Part shown: one piece after another, positions 1 through 8,542 of the stretch
Layout of the letters: every line of letters begins with the position of its first letter
How positions within the stretch are numbered: position 1 is the stretch's first letter
Source of the DNA: Myxococcota bacterium
GTDB lineage: Bacteria > Myxococcota > UBA4151
Reading direction: 5' to 3'
Assembly: GCA_040260805.1 (NCBI GenBank)
Contig: JBDQPD010000035.1
Span: 1-33,041 of the forward strand
Length of the DNA stretch: 33,041 bases
Position numbers and translations under genes: made by a program
The notes under the pieces: generated by a model
What the model was told of the DNA's origin: nothing
What the model saw: the letters and a program-made list of their open reading frames with translations, nothing else
The model's database searches: none

Positions 1-397
1 ACAAGGGCTTGAGCGCACGGCACAAGGGAATGAGGCTGTACGCAGAGATGTCGACGGCTTGAAGGAAGTCAGCGCGCTCGGTCTCATGAAAGCGGCTGTC
101 AAAAGCGTCTTTGTTGGCAAAGGCGATCGAGTGAACCACGTGGTCGAGGTCGCCCCAGTCTGCCTTGATGCCCTCGGCAACTTCGCCGAAGTGCGCGTCG
201 TTGCAGACATCGAGTTCGTAATAGTTAGTTACCCCAATTTTCTCGCCGAGCTTGCGGACGCTGCCTTCCATCCGCTCGTTGAGGTAGGTGAAGGCGAGCT
301 GAGCGCCTGCCGCGTGACATGCCTGAGCAATTGCCCACGCCAGACTGCGCTGGTTGGCAATACCACAGATGAGAACTTTCTTACCCGACAGATTCAT
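1..397 (-). CDS. fabI: Enoyl-ACP reductase FabI, N-terminal part (runs off the window start)
   Basis: Not in the ORF track. Manual minus-strand translation from ATG 397 (AGGAG RBS just upstream) gives MNLSGKKVLICGIANQRSLAWAIAQACHAAGAQLAFTYLNERM...DLDHVVHSIAFANKDAF...DISAYSL, which are typical FabI motifs. Confidence 0.93.
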   Translation of the reverse strand, partial: MNLSGKKVLICGIANQRSLAWAIAQACHAAGAQLAFTYLNERMEGSVRKLGEKIGVTNYYELDVCNDAHFGEVAEGIKADWGDLDHVVHSIAFANKDAFDSRFHETERADFLQAVDISAYSLIPLCRALKPL

Positions 398-554
398 GGC
401 CATCTCCTATGCCGCCTACGGCGCTGCGCTCCTAGGCACGGGGCGGCCCCGACCGCAAGGCCTGTGAAATTGGGTGCACTATTCGTTGCATGGAGAGGTA
501 CGGCCCTGTAGGCAGCCGCCCACCGGGGCAACGCTCCGAAGGAGGATGGCTCTG

Positions 555-2210
555 ATGCCTAGCTCGAACAACGATCTCTCCGCGATTAATCTCAACCCTT
601 CAGGCAAGGTTCACTGGAACCTAAAGAGCCGTGAGCTCTTTGCTCACGCCGCACGTCGTGAAGAGGGTGAGTTTACCGCTCACGGTGCATTCCTCGCGGT
701 CACCGGTGAGCGAACTGGGCGTTCTGCGAACGATAAGTGGACCGTCAAAGAGCCGAGCACCGAGGATTTGATCTGGTGGGATGGTACGGTCAACCGTGCC
801 TTTGACAACGAGCGCTTTGAGCTGCTCAGGGATCGGGCGATCGCCTTTCTGGCTGAACAAGACGAACTCTTTGTGCAGGACTTGATCTGCGGCGCTGAGC
901 GCAGCGAAGCGATTCAATGCCGTGTGGTGACCATGAACGCTTGGCATGCCGCCTTCGCTCGCAACATGTTTGTGCGGCCCAGCGCTCAGGAGCTTAAGAG
1001 TCATCGCCCTGAATGGACCGTGGTCCATGCGCCTCACCTTGAGATCGAGGACTGGAAAGAGCTCGGCTTGAACAGTCAGGTCGGCGTGCTGTTTCACCCC
1101 GGCGCTAAGCTGGTCGTGATCTGTGGCACTCGTTATGCGGGTGAGATTAAGAAGTCGATCTTCTCAGCCATGAACCTCATGCTCCCCGGTAAGGGTATTT
1201 TGCCGATGCATTGCTCGGCAAACACGACCGGCTCGAACACCGCCGTCTTCTTTGGCCTGTCGGGTACTGGAAAGACGACGCTGAGCGCCGATCCAAAGCG
1301 TGCCTTGGTGGGTGATGATGAGCACGGCTGGGGCGCCAAGGGTGTGTTTAACTTTGAGGGCGGTTGCTACGCCAAGATGATCAAGCTTGATGCCAAGGCT
1401 GAGCCGGAGATCTTTGCGACCAGCCGACGCTTCGGGACCATCCTTGAGAACGTCGTCCTCGACGCCGATGGTGTCCCAGACTTCAACGACAACACGCTGA
1501 CCGAAAATACGCGCGGCTCGTACCCCCTCGAGTTCATCGAAAACCGAGTACACGACTCCAAAGCGGGTCAGCCTCAAAATGTGGTCTTCTTATGCGCTGA
1601 TGCCTACGGCGTCTTGCCGCCGGTCAGCAAGCTGACCCCTGAGCAAGCCGCTTACCACTTTATCTCGGGTTATACGGCAAAGGTTGCCGGCACTGAGATC
1701 GGAGTCAAAGAGCCCCGACCAGCGTTTTCAGCGTGCTTCGGCGCGCCGTTCATGCCTCGGCATCCGTCGGTCTACGCAGACCTGCTGAGCAAGAAGATCG
1801 AAGAGCACAACTGCAACGTCTGGCTGCTCAACACCGGCTGGATCCGTGGTCCTTATGGCGAAGGCGAGCGCATCTCGATCAAATGGACCCGTACGCTGCT
1901 GAACGCTGCGCTCGATGGGACCCTCGATCGGTTGCCGATGGAGCGGTTTGATCGCTTTGGCTTCATGATTCCCACCCGTTGTCCTGGCGTGCCGAGTGAG
2001 ATCCTGAACCCACGGCGCACCTGGCGGAACAAAGAAGCCTACGACCGTGACGCCGAGCGCTTAGTCGAGATGTACCTTGAGAACTTCGAGGTCTTTGCCG
2101 ACGGCTGCGATGCATCGGTGCTTGCCGCTGCGCCGCGTTTAATCGCTGATGATTTAGTCGAGTCGGGCGCAGGGGTTCCTGTTCAGACGGGCAGCGAGTT
2201 CGAAGCCTGA
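555..2210 (+). CDS. pckA: Phosphoenolpyruvate carboxykinase (ATP)
   Basis: Motifs TGRSANDK, YAGEIKKSIF, MHCSAN, FFGLSGTGKTTLSAD, GDDEHGW, NFEGGCYAK, ENTRGSYP, FSACFGAPF. GGAGG at 541-545 favours ATG 555 (ATG 546 is an alternative). Confidence 0.97.
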   Translation: MPSSNNDLSAINLNPSGKVHWNLKSRELFAHAARREEGEFTAHGAFLAVTGERTGRSANDKWTVKEPSTEDLIWWDGTVNRAFDNERFELLRDRAIAFLAEQDELFVQDLICGAERSEAIQCRVVTMNAWHAAFARNMFVRPSAQELKSHRPEWTVVHAPHLEIEDWKELGLNSQVGVLFHPGAKLVVICGTRYAGEIKKSIFSAMNLMLPGKGILPMHCSANTTGSNTAVFFGLSGTGKTTLSADPKRALVGDDEHGWGAKGVFNFEGGCYAKMIKLDAKAEPEIFATSRRFGTILENVVLDADGVPDFNDNTLTENTRGSYPLEFIENRVHDSKAGQPQNVVFLCADAYGVLPPVSKLTPEQAAYHFISGYTAKVAGTEIGVKEPRPAFSACFGAPFMPRHPSVYADLLSKKIEEHNCNVWLLNTGWIRGPYGEGERISIKWTRTLLNAALDGTLDRLPMERFDRFGFMIPTRCPGVPSEILNPRRTWRNKEAYDRDAERLVEMYLENFEVFADGCDASVLAAAPRLIADDLVESGAGVPVQTGSEFEA

Positions 2211-2211
2211 G

Positions 2212-2805
2212 TTACTCTAGGCGCTGTCTTCCCTCGAAGGCTCTCGCAAGGGTGGGGGCGTCGAGGTATTCTAAGTCGCCTCCAGCGGGCAGGCCGCGCG
2301 CCAGTCGAGTGACGTCGCACAGTGGACCTAAAAGCCGAGCCAGGTAGACGGCAGTGGCTTCGCCTTCAACGGATGCGCCCGTCGCTAAGACCACTTCGCT
2401 CGTTTCACTTGATTCAATGCGTCCGATCAACTCAGAGATCTTTAGATCATCGGGGCCGATACCGTCGAGTGGAGCAATGACCCCATGAAGCACGTGGTAG
2501 GTGCCGCGCCACGCACCGGCGCCCTCGATCGCGGTGACATCTGCCGGACTTTGGACCACGCAGATCCGATCGCTTTGTCGAAACTCATCAAGACAGGTGC
2601 GGCAGGTCACCTCACTGCTGAAGTTCTGGCACTGTGAGCACAAGGTGGTGTTGTTGGCTAAATCGACCAAGGCTTCAGCCAGGTCCTGGGCGTAGCCCTC
2701 GCCACGCTTTAAGATCGTGAAGGCGTGACGTGTGGCGGTCTTACGACCCACGCCAGGAAGTCGACTCAGTAGGTGAATGACGCGATCGAGCGGCTCGCCG
2801 CTCAT
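2212..2805 (-). CDS. recR: Recombination mediator RecR
   Basis: HhH LSRLPGVGRKTATR, C4 zinc finger CSQC-x9-CRTC, YHVLHGVIAPLDGIGPD, Toprim EGEATA, LARGLPAGGDLEYLD. Confidence 0.97.
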   Translation of the reverse strand: MSGEPLDRVIHLLSRLPGVGRKTATRHAFTILKRGEGYAQDLAEALVDLANNTTLCSQCQNFSSEVTCRTCLDEFRQSDRICVVQSPADVTAIEGAGAWRGTYHVLHGVIAPLDGIGPDDLKISELIGRIESSETSEVVLATGASVEGEATAVYLARLLGPLCDVTRLARGLPAGGDLEYLDAPTLARAFEGRQRLE

Positions 2806-3767
2806 TGGGGCTCGAGAATGAGATTAAGTTCTTTGCCATCTCGCAAGACCTCTAAATGCACAACGCCCAGAGCGCGCAAGCGCGCCAATGTGAGCGGGTG
2901 TCGCACAGGCAGGGTCTCTGCGGTCAAGACGAGGTCGCCTTTTTTGAGCGGAGCGGAGTCGGCGATCACTCGAAGACCTGGCGGCTGTTCCAGCCTACGT
3001 TCGAGTTCCTGACCGCGCACGTCGACCTTGGCGAGTCGAGTCAACTGGTCGAGGGCCGTGAGGCGCCGCAGAGTATCTGGAATCGCCATCGGTGAGACCA
3101 AACCCGGAACGCTTCGCCCAGCCATCGAGGCTAGGCTCTCACGAACATAGGAGGGCACTTCAGCTCGGATGATCGAGACGGCTTTGAACTCCTTCGCTAG
3201 GTTGGCGCTCGCCTCATCAAGCAGATCGAGCCAGACCGACGATTCGTCTTCGAGAACGGCGAGGTCCATCGGGCTTAGGGATCGTTTGACCACGACCGAA
3301 CCGATACGCTTTGCGCCCAACTCAAGCTTCAGCCGAACGACATAGTCAGCGGCTTTCACGAAGACCGTTTGTCCGCTTTGCCTAATTTTCTTCTTTCGAG
3401 TTTGTCGATCAATGACCGGCTGAATCAGCAGTACATTTTGCCGGTTAAGGTTCATGCGTGACGCCACGTCGGCGAGATTGCTTTGAGCCCAGGCCAACTG
3501 AACCTCTGGGACCGCCGTGTCGCCGAAGTCAATCTCGCGTGGATCGACAAGTGCGAGTTTCGAGCGGCTACCCAATCCGGTCAACAGCCGATCAATCGCT
3601 GCCCAGCCTTCAACCCCTGACACCGGCCAGGTGAATTGGGGCGGAAGCACGACGCCGACTTTGGTCTGCCGAATAGCCCCGGTGACATGTGCGCCAACCG
3701 GCGCTACGGTAGCGCAGCCAAGTGGGGACAAGAGCAGTGAAATTAGGAAAGAAGATCGTGCATGCAT
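2802..3767 (-). CDS. Hypothetical lipoprotein with a possible degenerate PDZ-like C-terminus
   Basis: Signal peptide and lipobox (LISLLLSPLGC). The C-terminus PGLRVIADSAPLKKGDLVL...VHLEVLRDGKELNLIL resembles a PDZ end. Its stop overlaps the recR ATG (ATGA). Start moved to ATG 3767. Confidence 0.6.
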   Translation of the reverse strand: MHARSSFLISLLLSPLGCATVAPVGAHVTGAIRQTKVGVVLPPQFTWPVSGVEGWAAIDRLLTGLGSRSKLALVDPREIDFGDTAVPEVQLAWAQSNLADVASRMNLNRQNVLLIQPVIDRQTRKKKIRQSGQTVFVKAADYVVRLKLELGAKRIGSVVVKRSLSPMDLAVLEDESSVWLDLLDEASANLAKEFKAVSIIRAEVPSYVRESLASMAGRSVPGLVSPMAIPDTLRRLTALDQLTRLAKVDVRGQELERRLEQPPGLRVIADSAPLKKGDLVLTAETLPVRHPLTLARLRALGVVHLEVLRDGKELNLILEPQ

Positions 3768-4493
3768 GACGACCCGCTTGTGCCTAAATCTGGCACCCTC
3801 GACAATCCTACTGACTCGACCTTGACTACACTTCATCGGTTCGGTGTCGCCCTTCTAGTGGGAGCATGCCTTGCATTTGCCTATTTGGCCATAAACCAGA
3901 TCTCATCGAAGCTTCCATACGATATCGATGTCCTCACCTCGATGGACCAAGCCATCCCGTTTGTTCCCGAATGGGTGTGGATTTATACGCTCAATATTCC
4001 CATGCCGTTGACCCTCATTATCGTGATCACCCAAGCCGACCGTCTGCTTGAGTTGATCGGCGGTTACGTGGTGATCTTTAGCATCGCTGCGCTGACTTTT
4101 CTCGTCCTTCCGGTGCATTCGGATGTTTTGAGACCCGATTTGACCCTTGAAGCGCCCTCTTTATCGCTGCAGATGATGAGCTATTACTATGCGCTCGATA
4201 AGGTCGGTAATTGCATGCCGAGTCTGCACGTTGCGTACAGCGTGTACGCTGGCTGGTGGGGTATTCGTTTGATGCCTGCTCGCTGGGGTTACCCTTACGC
4301 GCTGGTGGGTGTTTTGATCACCCTATCGACCATGTTCGTCAAACAACATTTCATCGCCGATGTGGTCAGCGCCATTGCGATCGCAGGGGCGGTTTATCTA
4401 CTGCAAGCGCATCGAGGTGTCTCCATGCGCCGCTTTGTACCCGGACCCATTAAGAAGCTGTTGGTCAGCTTCCGAAAAAGCCCTTCTTCTTAG
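3762..4493 (+). CDS. PAP2-superfamily membrane phosphatase/phosphotransferase (Aur1/IPC-synthase-like)
   Basis: About 6 TM helices; DQAIPFVPEWVWIY; catalytic motifs NCMPSLHVA and STMFVKQHFIADV. The start is uncertain (3762, 3780 or 3822). Confidence 0.85.
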   Translation: MHDDPLVPKSGTLDNPTDSTLTTLHRFGVALLVGACLAFAYLAINQISSKLPYDIDVLTSMDQAIPFVPEWVWIYTLNIPMPLTLIIVITQADRLLELIGGYVVIFSIAALTFLVLPVHSDVLRPDLTLEAPSLSLQMMSYYYALDKVGNCMPSLHVAYSVYAGWWGIRLMPARWGYPYALVGVLITLSTMFVKQHFIADVVSAIAIAGAVYLLQAHRGVSMRRFVPGPIKKLLVSFRKSPSS

Positions 4494-6021
4494 TCGACTT
4501 CTGCGCCTTTGGCGGGTTGGACTGAGTCAGTCGTATCTTCGTAAGTTTCATGTAGCGCTCGGCGTCTCGATGATGGGGGCGCAGATCAAGGGTTTCGGTG
4601 AGCAACTCCTCCGCCATCGGAAAGTTCTTACGATTGAAGTGCTCCATCGCACGCTCGAACACGAGCTCGGCATCATTGGGGTACTCTTTCCCCGCTTCTT
4701 CGAGGCAGTGGATACGCTGCTTTGGATCGGTTTTCGGGTCTCGGATCTGACACAGCAACTCGAGCGCTCCGACCTGCTTGTTTTTGGGGTCGAGCTGCCC
4801 GGCTCTTTTGAGATGCAACCCCGCTGACCAGAAGTCCTTTTTGCGCATCAAGACCTTCGCCTTTTGGCATTCGAGACGAGAGGCTTCGGGGCTGATCTCT
4901 TGGTTGCGGAATTGACGACCGCTGTTTTGTTTGAGGTGCGCGGCGTAGGTCTCGCGCAGGACTTTGTCTTCGAGGGTGTCGCGTGCGTTGTTGAGCTTAG
5001 CGAAAAGCTTAGTGATCGCGGCGACGAGGCGTGGGTGGCGACCTTGCACGCGATCTGGATGCCAAGTTTGCGCCAGATTCAAGAACGATTGGTTGACCTC
5101 TTTTTTCGTCGTTTCCGTGTCCAGATCAAAGAGGGTGAAGAAATCCAGGTCGATCAGGTTTTCCACATCCTTGAGCAGCTTTTGGTCACGTGCAGGTACC
5201 GGCATGTCGTCTAAAGTGATGCGTTTACTGCTGGTGACCTCAACCGTCTTCACTTCCTTTTGAATCCGCCTGAGCTCTACGGGTACGACCGCTTTTGCTC
5301 GGTTGGCGTCAGTGGCCAAAACCGCTCCGAACAGACGCATCGCTCGCACGAGTCGAGCGGTACGAAGGCCTTCGAGACCATCAAGCTCTAGCAGCTCCGA
5401 AGTTCGTCTTGGGACCGCGAGCAGACGCAGCACGACCAGATCATTACGAGTCAATCCGAAGCGTTCTCGCAACCGTTCGTGAGAGACTCCGTCTCGGGCC
5501 TCAACGGCGCGGAGCTCGAGGACCAGATTACGCGTCCTCGCAGGATGCCCGGCATCCAAGATAAGAAGCGCCATGAGCTGTGCAGGCTCGACGCCGATCC
5601 GACCCATGACCTCGCTCGGAGCGATACGAAAGCGCCGGAGCTTGTCCATTCCAGCCATCGCCGTTTCGAGATCGGCTTGAATCTGCCGCTGACGAGCCTT
5701 CTCGAGGACCTTCTGATCCATGCCACCCATCTCCACAAGAACTTGATCGAGCGATAGCCCAATCATCTGCTGAAGCCGTATTTTTGCTTGTTTCAGGGTG
5801 CTCGCGTCGATGACTTTTAAGCCCTTTAGCGCCTCCTCAAAGGACGCAGCGGGCGCGTCTTTGGTCGCAACACTTTGGATCAGGCCGTGCTCAAGTTTAA
5901 TCGAGACGGTGGGGTTCGCTAGGGTTGCGCCAAGTTCAATGTGCACCGTGGCTTTGCTGCGTCGAAGCTTGACGAGCAGCTCGGGTAACGGGTGTTCGAA
6001 CAGGCGTCCCTCGTGACTCAC
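4465..6021 (-). CDS. J-domain (DnaJ-type) protein with an N-terminal DUF4388-like/MshEN-like region and C-terminal TPRs
   Basis: J-domain DFFTLFDL...LAQTWHPDR...LNNARDTLEDKVLRETY with intact HPD, followed by TPR-like helices. GTG 6021 overlaps the upstream stop (GTGA). Confidence 0.8.
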   Translation of the reverse strand: MSHEGRLFEHPLPELLVKLRRSKATVHIELGATLANPTVSIKLEHGLIQSVATKDAPAASFEEALKGLKVIDASTLKQAKIRLQQMIGLSLDQVLVEMGGMDQKVLEKARQRQIQADLETAMAGMDKLRRFRIAPSEVMGRIGVEPAQLMALLILDAGHPARTRNLVLELRAVEARDGVSHERLRERFGLTRNDLVVLRLLAVPRRTSELLELDGLEGLRTARLVRAMRLFGAVLATDANRAKAVVPVELRRIQKEVKTVEVTSSKRITLDDMPVPARDQKLLKDVENLIDLDFFTLFDLDTETTKKEVNQSFLNLAQTWHPDRVQGRHPRLVAAITKLFAKLNNARDTLEDKVLRETYAAHLKQNSGRQFRNQEISPEASRLECQKAKVLMRKKDFWSAGLHLKRAGQLDPKNKQVGALELLCQIRDPKTDPKQRIHCLEEAGKEYPNDAELVFERAMEHFNRKNFPMAEELLTETLDLRPHHRDAERYMKLTKIRLTQSNPPKAQKSTKKKGFFGS

Positions 6022-7130
6022 TCGCAGACTCCAAAGGTCGGCCCCACGCCTGTCTCTCGGCAAGTCGGGGCATCGATACCCGGCATCGGCGCACATTCAA
6101 CGTCGGGGTTGGTCAGCGAGCAAATCGGGCGGCAAGCTGCGGTGGCGGAACACAGCATTCCATCAGGACAATCACGATGCCCATCGCAGGGCGAGCCCAA
6201 GGCGCAGAACCCTTCTTGAGACGACTCTGGATCGCAAGCCGAGTTGCATACACAGCCGCTTCCATCCGCACCACAGTTCCAGACTTGCGTATTGGAGGGT
6301 TGGCAGCTGTAGGCGTTCTCACCCTCTCCACCACATTGTCCCACTTGCAGCGGATCACAGGTCCCGCTGCAGATGCCCAAGTTCATGTTCCCCAGTCGAG
6401 CGCAGGTCGGATTCGGTGATCCGCAAGCCTGTCCACGCTGCCCATCAGGATCGCAGAGTTGGCTGCAGGCGCTTCGGTTCGGGTCTTCGGCGGACGGCTG
6501 GCTAAGGCAAATACTGCCAGGTACACAGGCTCCAGTACCGTTGTTGCACTCGGAACCGACAGGCAGTGTACCCGCATCGTCACAAGCCGCTTGGCTCACG
6601 TCACCAAACCAGAACGAGCAGCCCTTGCCTTCGCCGCATGAGGTCGTGTCGAGCATGTCGCAGCCTTGGGTGCAGACCCCTTTGTTTTTGGCACGGTCTG
6701 CATCACGAACGCAGATATCGCCGGCGTCACAATCGCTGGCGGTGATGCAGTTTCCGAGCTGGCAGAACCCTTGCCCCTGAGCACCCTCTTCACGAGCAGG
6801 GAAGCACAACTCGTTGGGTGAAGCGCATGAGAGCAGATCGCTTGGGTCGCAACCATACCGGCACAAACGCTCACAGTTTGCTTGACCCTCGGTACAAAAG
6901 GCGTTGTCGCAAATCATGCCTTCACTGCATTGAATATTGCGCGAGCAGCTCTCCTCAAAACCCTTGCTTTGAGGGACCACGCACTCGCCGTTGATCCCGT
7001 CACTCGTTGCGCAACTGTAGCCGGTCGGGCAGCCGTCTGTAATTCTGCAGGGTAGGCCGCTGAGATCGTCGAAATCGTACACCAAGCTACAGCTCGAGAG
7101 GAGCATCGTGAGCGCCATTAGACGAATCAT
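6018..7130 (-). CDS. Cysteine-rich repeat lipoprotein
   Basis: Lipobox LLSSC and many repeated C-x(4-6)-C modules (e.g. GCDPSDLLSC, GCDMLDTTSC, LCDPDGQRGQAC, TCDPLQVGQC). Translationally coupled on both sides. Confidence 0.8.
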   Translation of the reverse strand: MIRLMALTMLLSSCSLVYDFDDLSGLPCRITDGCPTGYSCATSDGINGECVVPQSKGFEESCSRNIQCSEGMICDNAFCTEGQANCERLCRYGCDPSDLLSCASPNELCFPAREEGAQGQGFCQLGNCITASDCDAGDICVRDADRAKNKGVCTQGCDMLDTTSCGEGKGCSFWFGDVSQAACDDAGTLPVGSECNNGTGACVPGSICLSQPSAEDPNRSACSQLCDPDGQRGQACGSPNPTCARLGNMNLGICSGTCDPLQVGQCGGEGENAYSCQPSNTQVWNCGADGSGCVCNSACDPESSQEGFCALGSPCDGHRDCPDGMLCSATAACRPICSLTNPDVECAPMPGIDAPTCRETGVGPTFGVCE

Positions 7131-8398
7131 TCAGCACCTCCCGTCAACGAATCAACGGCAGCATTTTTCGCCATCGTTCGCTGGAGCAAATAGACCCCAG
7201 CTAGGTTCAATACGACCCCGCTGACCAAGGTTGCGTCCGCGATCAACGCGAACTGTTTTCCGTTGGCTTGAAGGTCAGCCACGCCAGGGTCATGACCTAA
7301 GGTGTCCCGCATTTGCTGGTGGGTAGCTCGCGTTTGAAGCGCTGACCACCCGGAGACCAACAGCGCGCTCGAGCCTAGCGCGATGGTCGACCATCCAAGA
7401 ACACCGCTCTTTTTAGCTGAAGGGCCGCCTGCATCGCCCGGACGAATGGTCAGGGCGGTCGGAGCGCTTAATCCTTGCCACATCTTTTGAGCATGCGCTC
7501 CGAGTGGCTCGCCGGGTAGAAACGAAGCGACCGCCACTCTGGGTTCGCCGAGCCCTGTGTGCAGGGTGCAGCGAGCGTCATAGCGTGAGGCTACTAAGGT
7601 CATCGTACAAAGAACCAACCCATCAACGCCGAGGCTGCGCCTGACCGCATCGGCTTGACTGCGATCTCCTCGCGCACCGGCACCGAGTTGGCTGGCGACG
7701 GGCGCAAGTTGTGCTGCTGCTTGCGGCAGCAGGGTGGCGCGCACAGCGGTCGCCGAAACGTTGAGCCATTGCCAGACGGGCAGGTGCCCATTTTGCGTCG
7801 CACCAACCAGATGCATACCTGGGCTCACCTTCGGGCTGTTGGTCCGGTCCCAAGGCGCGCCATCAATCCACAGTCTCGCGCCCGCTCCCGTTCGCAAGCC
7901 TAGCTCTACCTGCTCTTTGGGCGCCGCGTTAACCTGCCCCCAAATTTCGCCCAACGTGTTGGTCAATTCACCCGGGAGTGACTTCATACCCAGCACCATC
8001 GCTTGTCGCAGTGTTTTGCGCGCTTGGTCAGCCTCGAAGTTCATCACTTGCACGCCGGCTCGGTACGCGAAGACTTCGGCGAGTCGTGCCGCGTCGCCTC
8101 GGCGAGGCTGAGCGACGAGGGCGCGCTCAGCTTGGTTGAGCGTTGCCACGACCGTGTCGAGCTGAACCTGTCGCCAAGCCAGACGCACGGCGCTGATCGC
8201 TTGACCCGCTAGGTCCGCCTCGGGCTGTCGCCCCGTCAACAAACGCAAAAGGTCTGTCGGCCCAGCTAGCGCCTGCAGCTCTTCCGTCAAAGCGGTGGTC
8301 CCCGACTCTTGAGATTCGACCCAAACTAAGGTCGATGCCGCCTGCGTTTCAGACGCTAAAAGAAGAGCAAGAACGGTGCACAATAAGGGCCTCATCAA
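7127..8398 (-). CDS. Exported TPR-like/PEGA-like domain protein with C-terminal hydrophobic helices
   Basis: Signal peptide; helical region; PEGA-like GARLWIDGAP...VSPGMHLVGATQNGHLP; two C-terminal TM-like segments. GGAGG RBS upstream. Confidence 0.65.
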   Translation of the reverse strand: MMRPLLCTVLALLLASETQAASTLVWVESQESGTTALTEELQALAGPTDLLRLLTGRQPEADLAGQAISAVRLAWRQVQLDTVVATLNQAERALVAQPRRGDAARLAEVFAYRAGVQVMNFEADQARKTLRQAMVLGMKSLPGELTNTLGEIWGQVNAAPKEQVELGLRTGAGARLWIDGAPWDRTNSPKVSPGMHLVGATQNGHLPVWQWLNVSATAVRATLLPQAAAQLAPVASQLGAGARGDRSQADAVRRSLGVDGLVLCTMTLVASRYDARCTLHTGLGEPRVAVASFLPGEPLGAHAQKMWQGLSAPTALTIRPGDAGGPSAKKSGVLGWSTIALGSSALLVSGWSALQTRATHQQMRDTLGHDPGVADLQANGKQFALIADATLVSGVVLNLAGVYLLQRTMAKNAAVDSLTGGAE

Positions 8399-8542
8399 TG
8401 GCCTCCAGCGATCTTCAGCCTATGCCTCATACGATACCCGAGCGCTTTTAGAAACGCGCGGCGTCGTGATGCGCCGTTGTGCGCACTCAATCGCACGCCA
8501 TTGGGGCCGGGAATACAGGTGACTTGCGCCAACAAGTCGGGG

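Noticed and set aside
59..511. 150-aa plus-strand ORF
   Set aside because: It is the antisense shadow of fabI, which has clear motifs and an RBS on the minus strand.
398..554. Riboswitch or ncRNA between fabI and pckA
   Set aside because: GC-rich pairing is possible but I recognised no known aptamer consensus; an Rfam/Infernal scan would be needed.
8521..8538. Hairpin GACTTG-N6-CAAGTC after the PP2C stop as a terminator
   Set aside because: It is only 6 bp with no U-tract, too weak to call.
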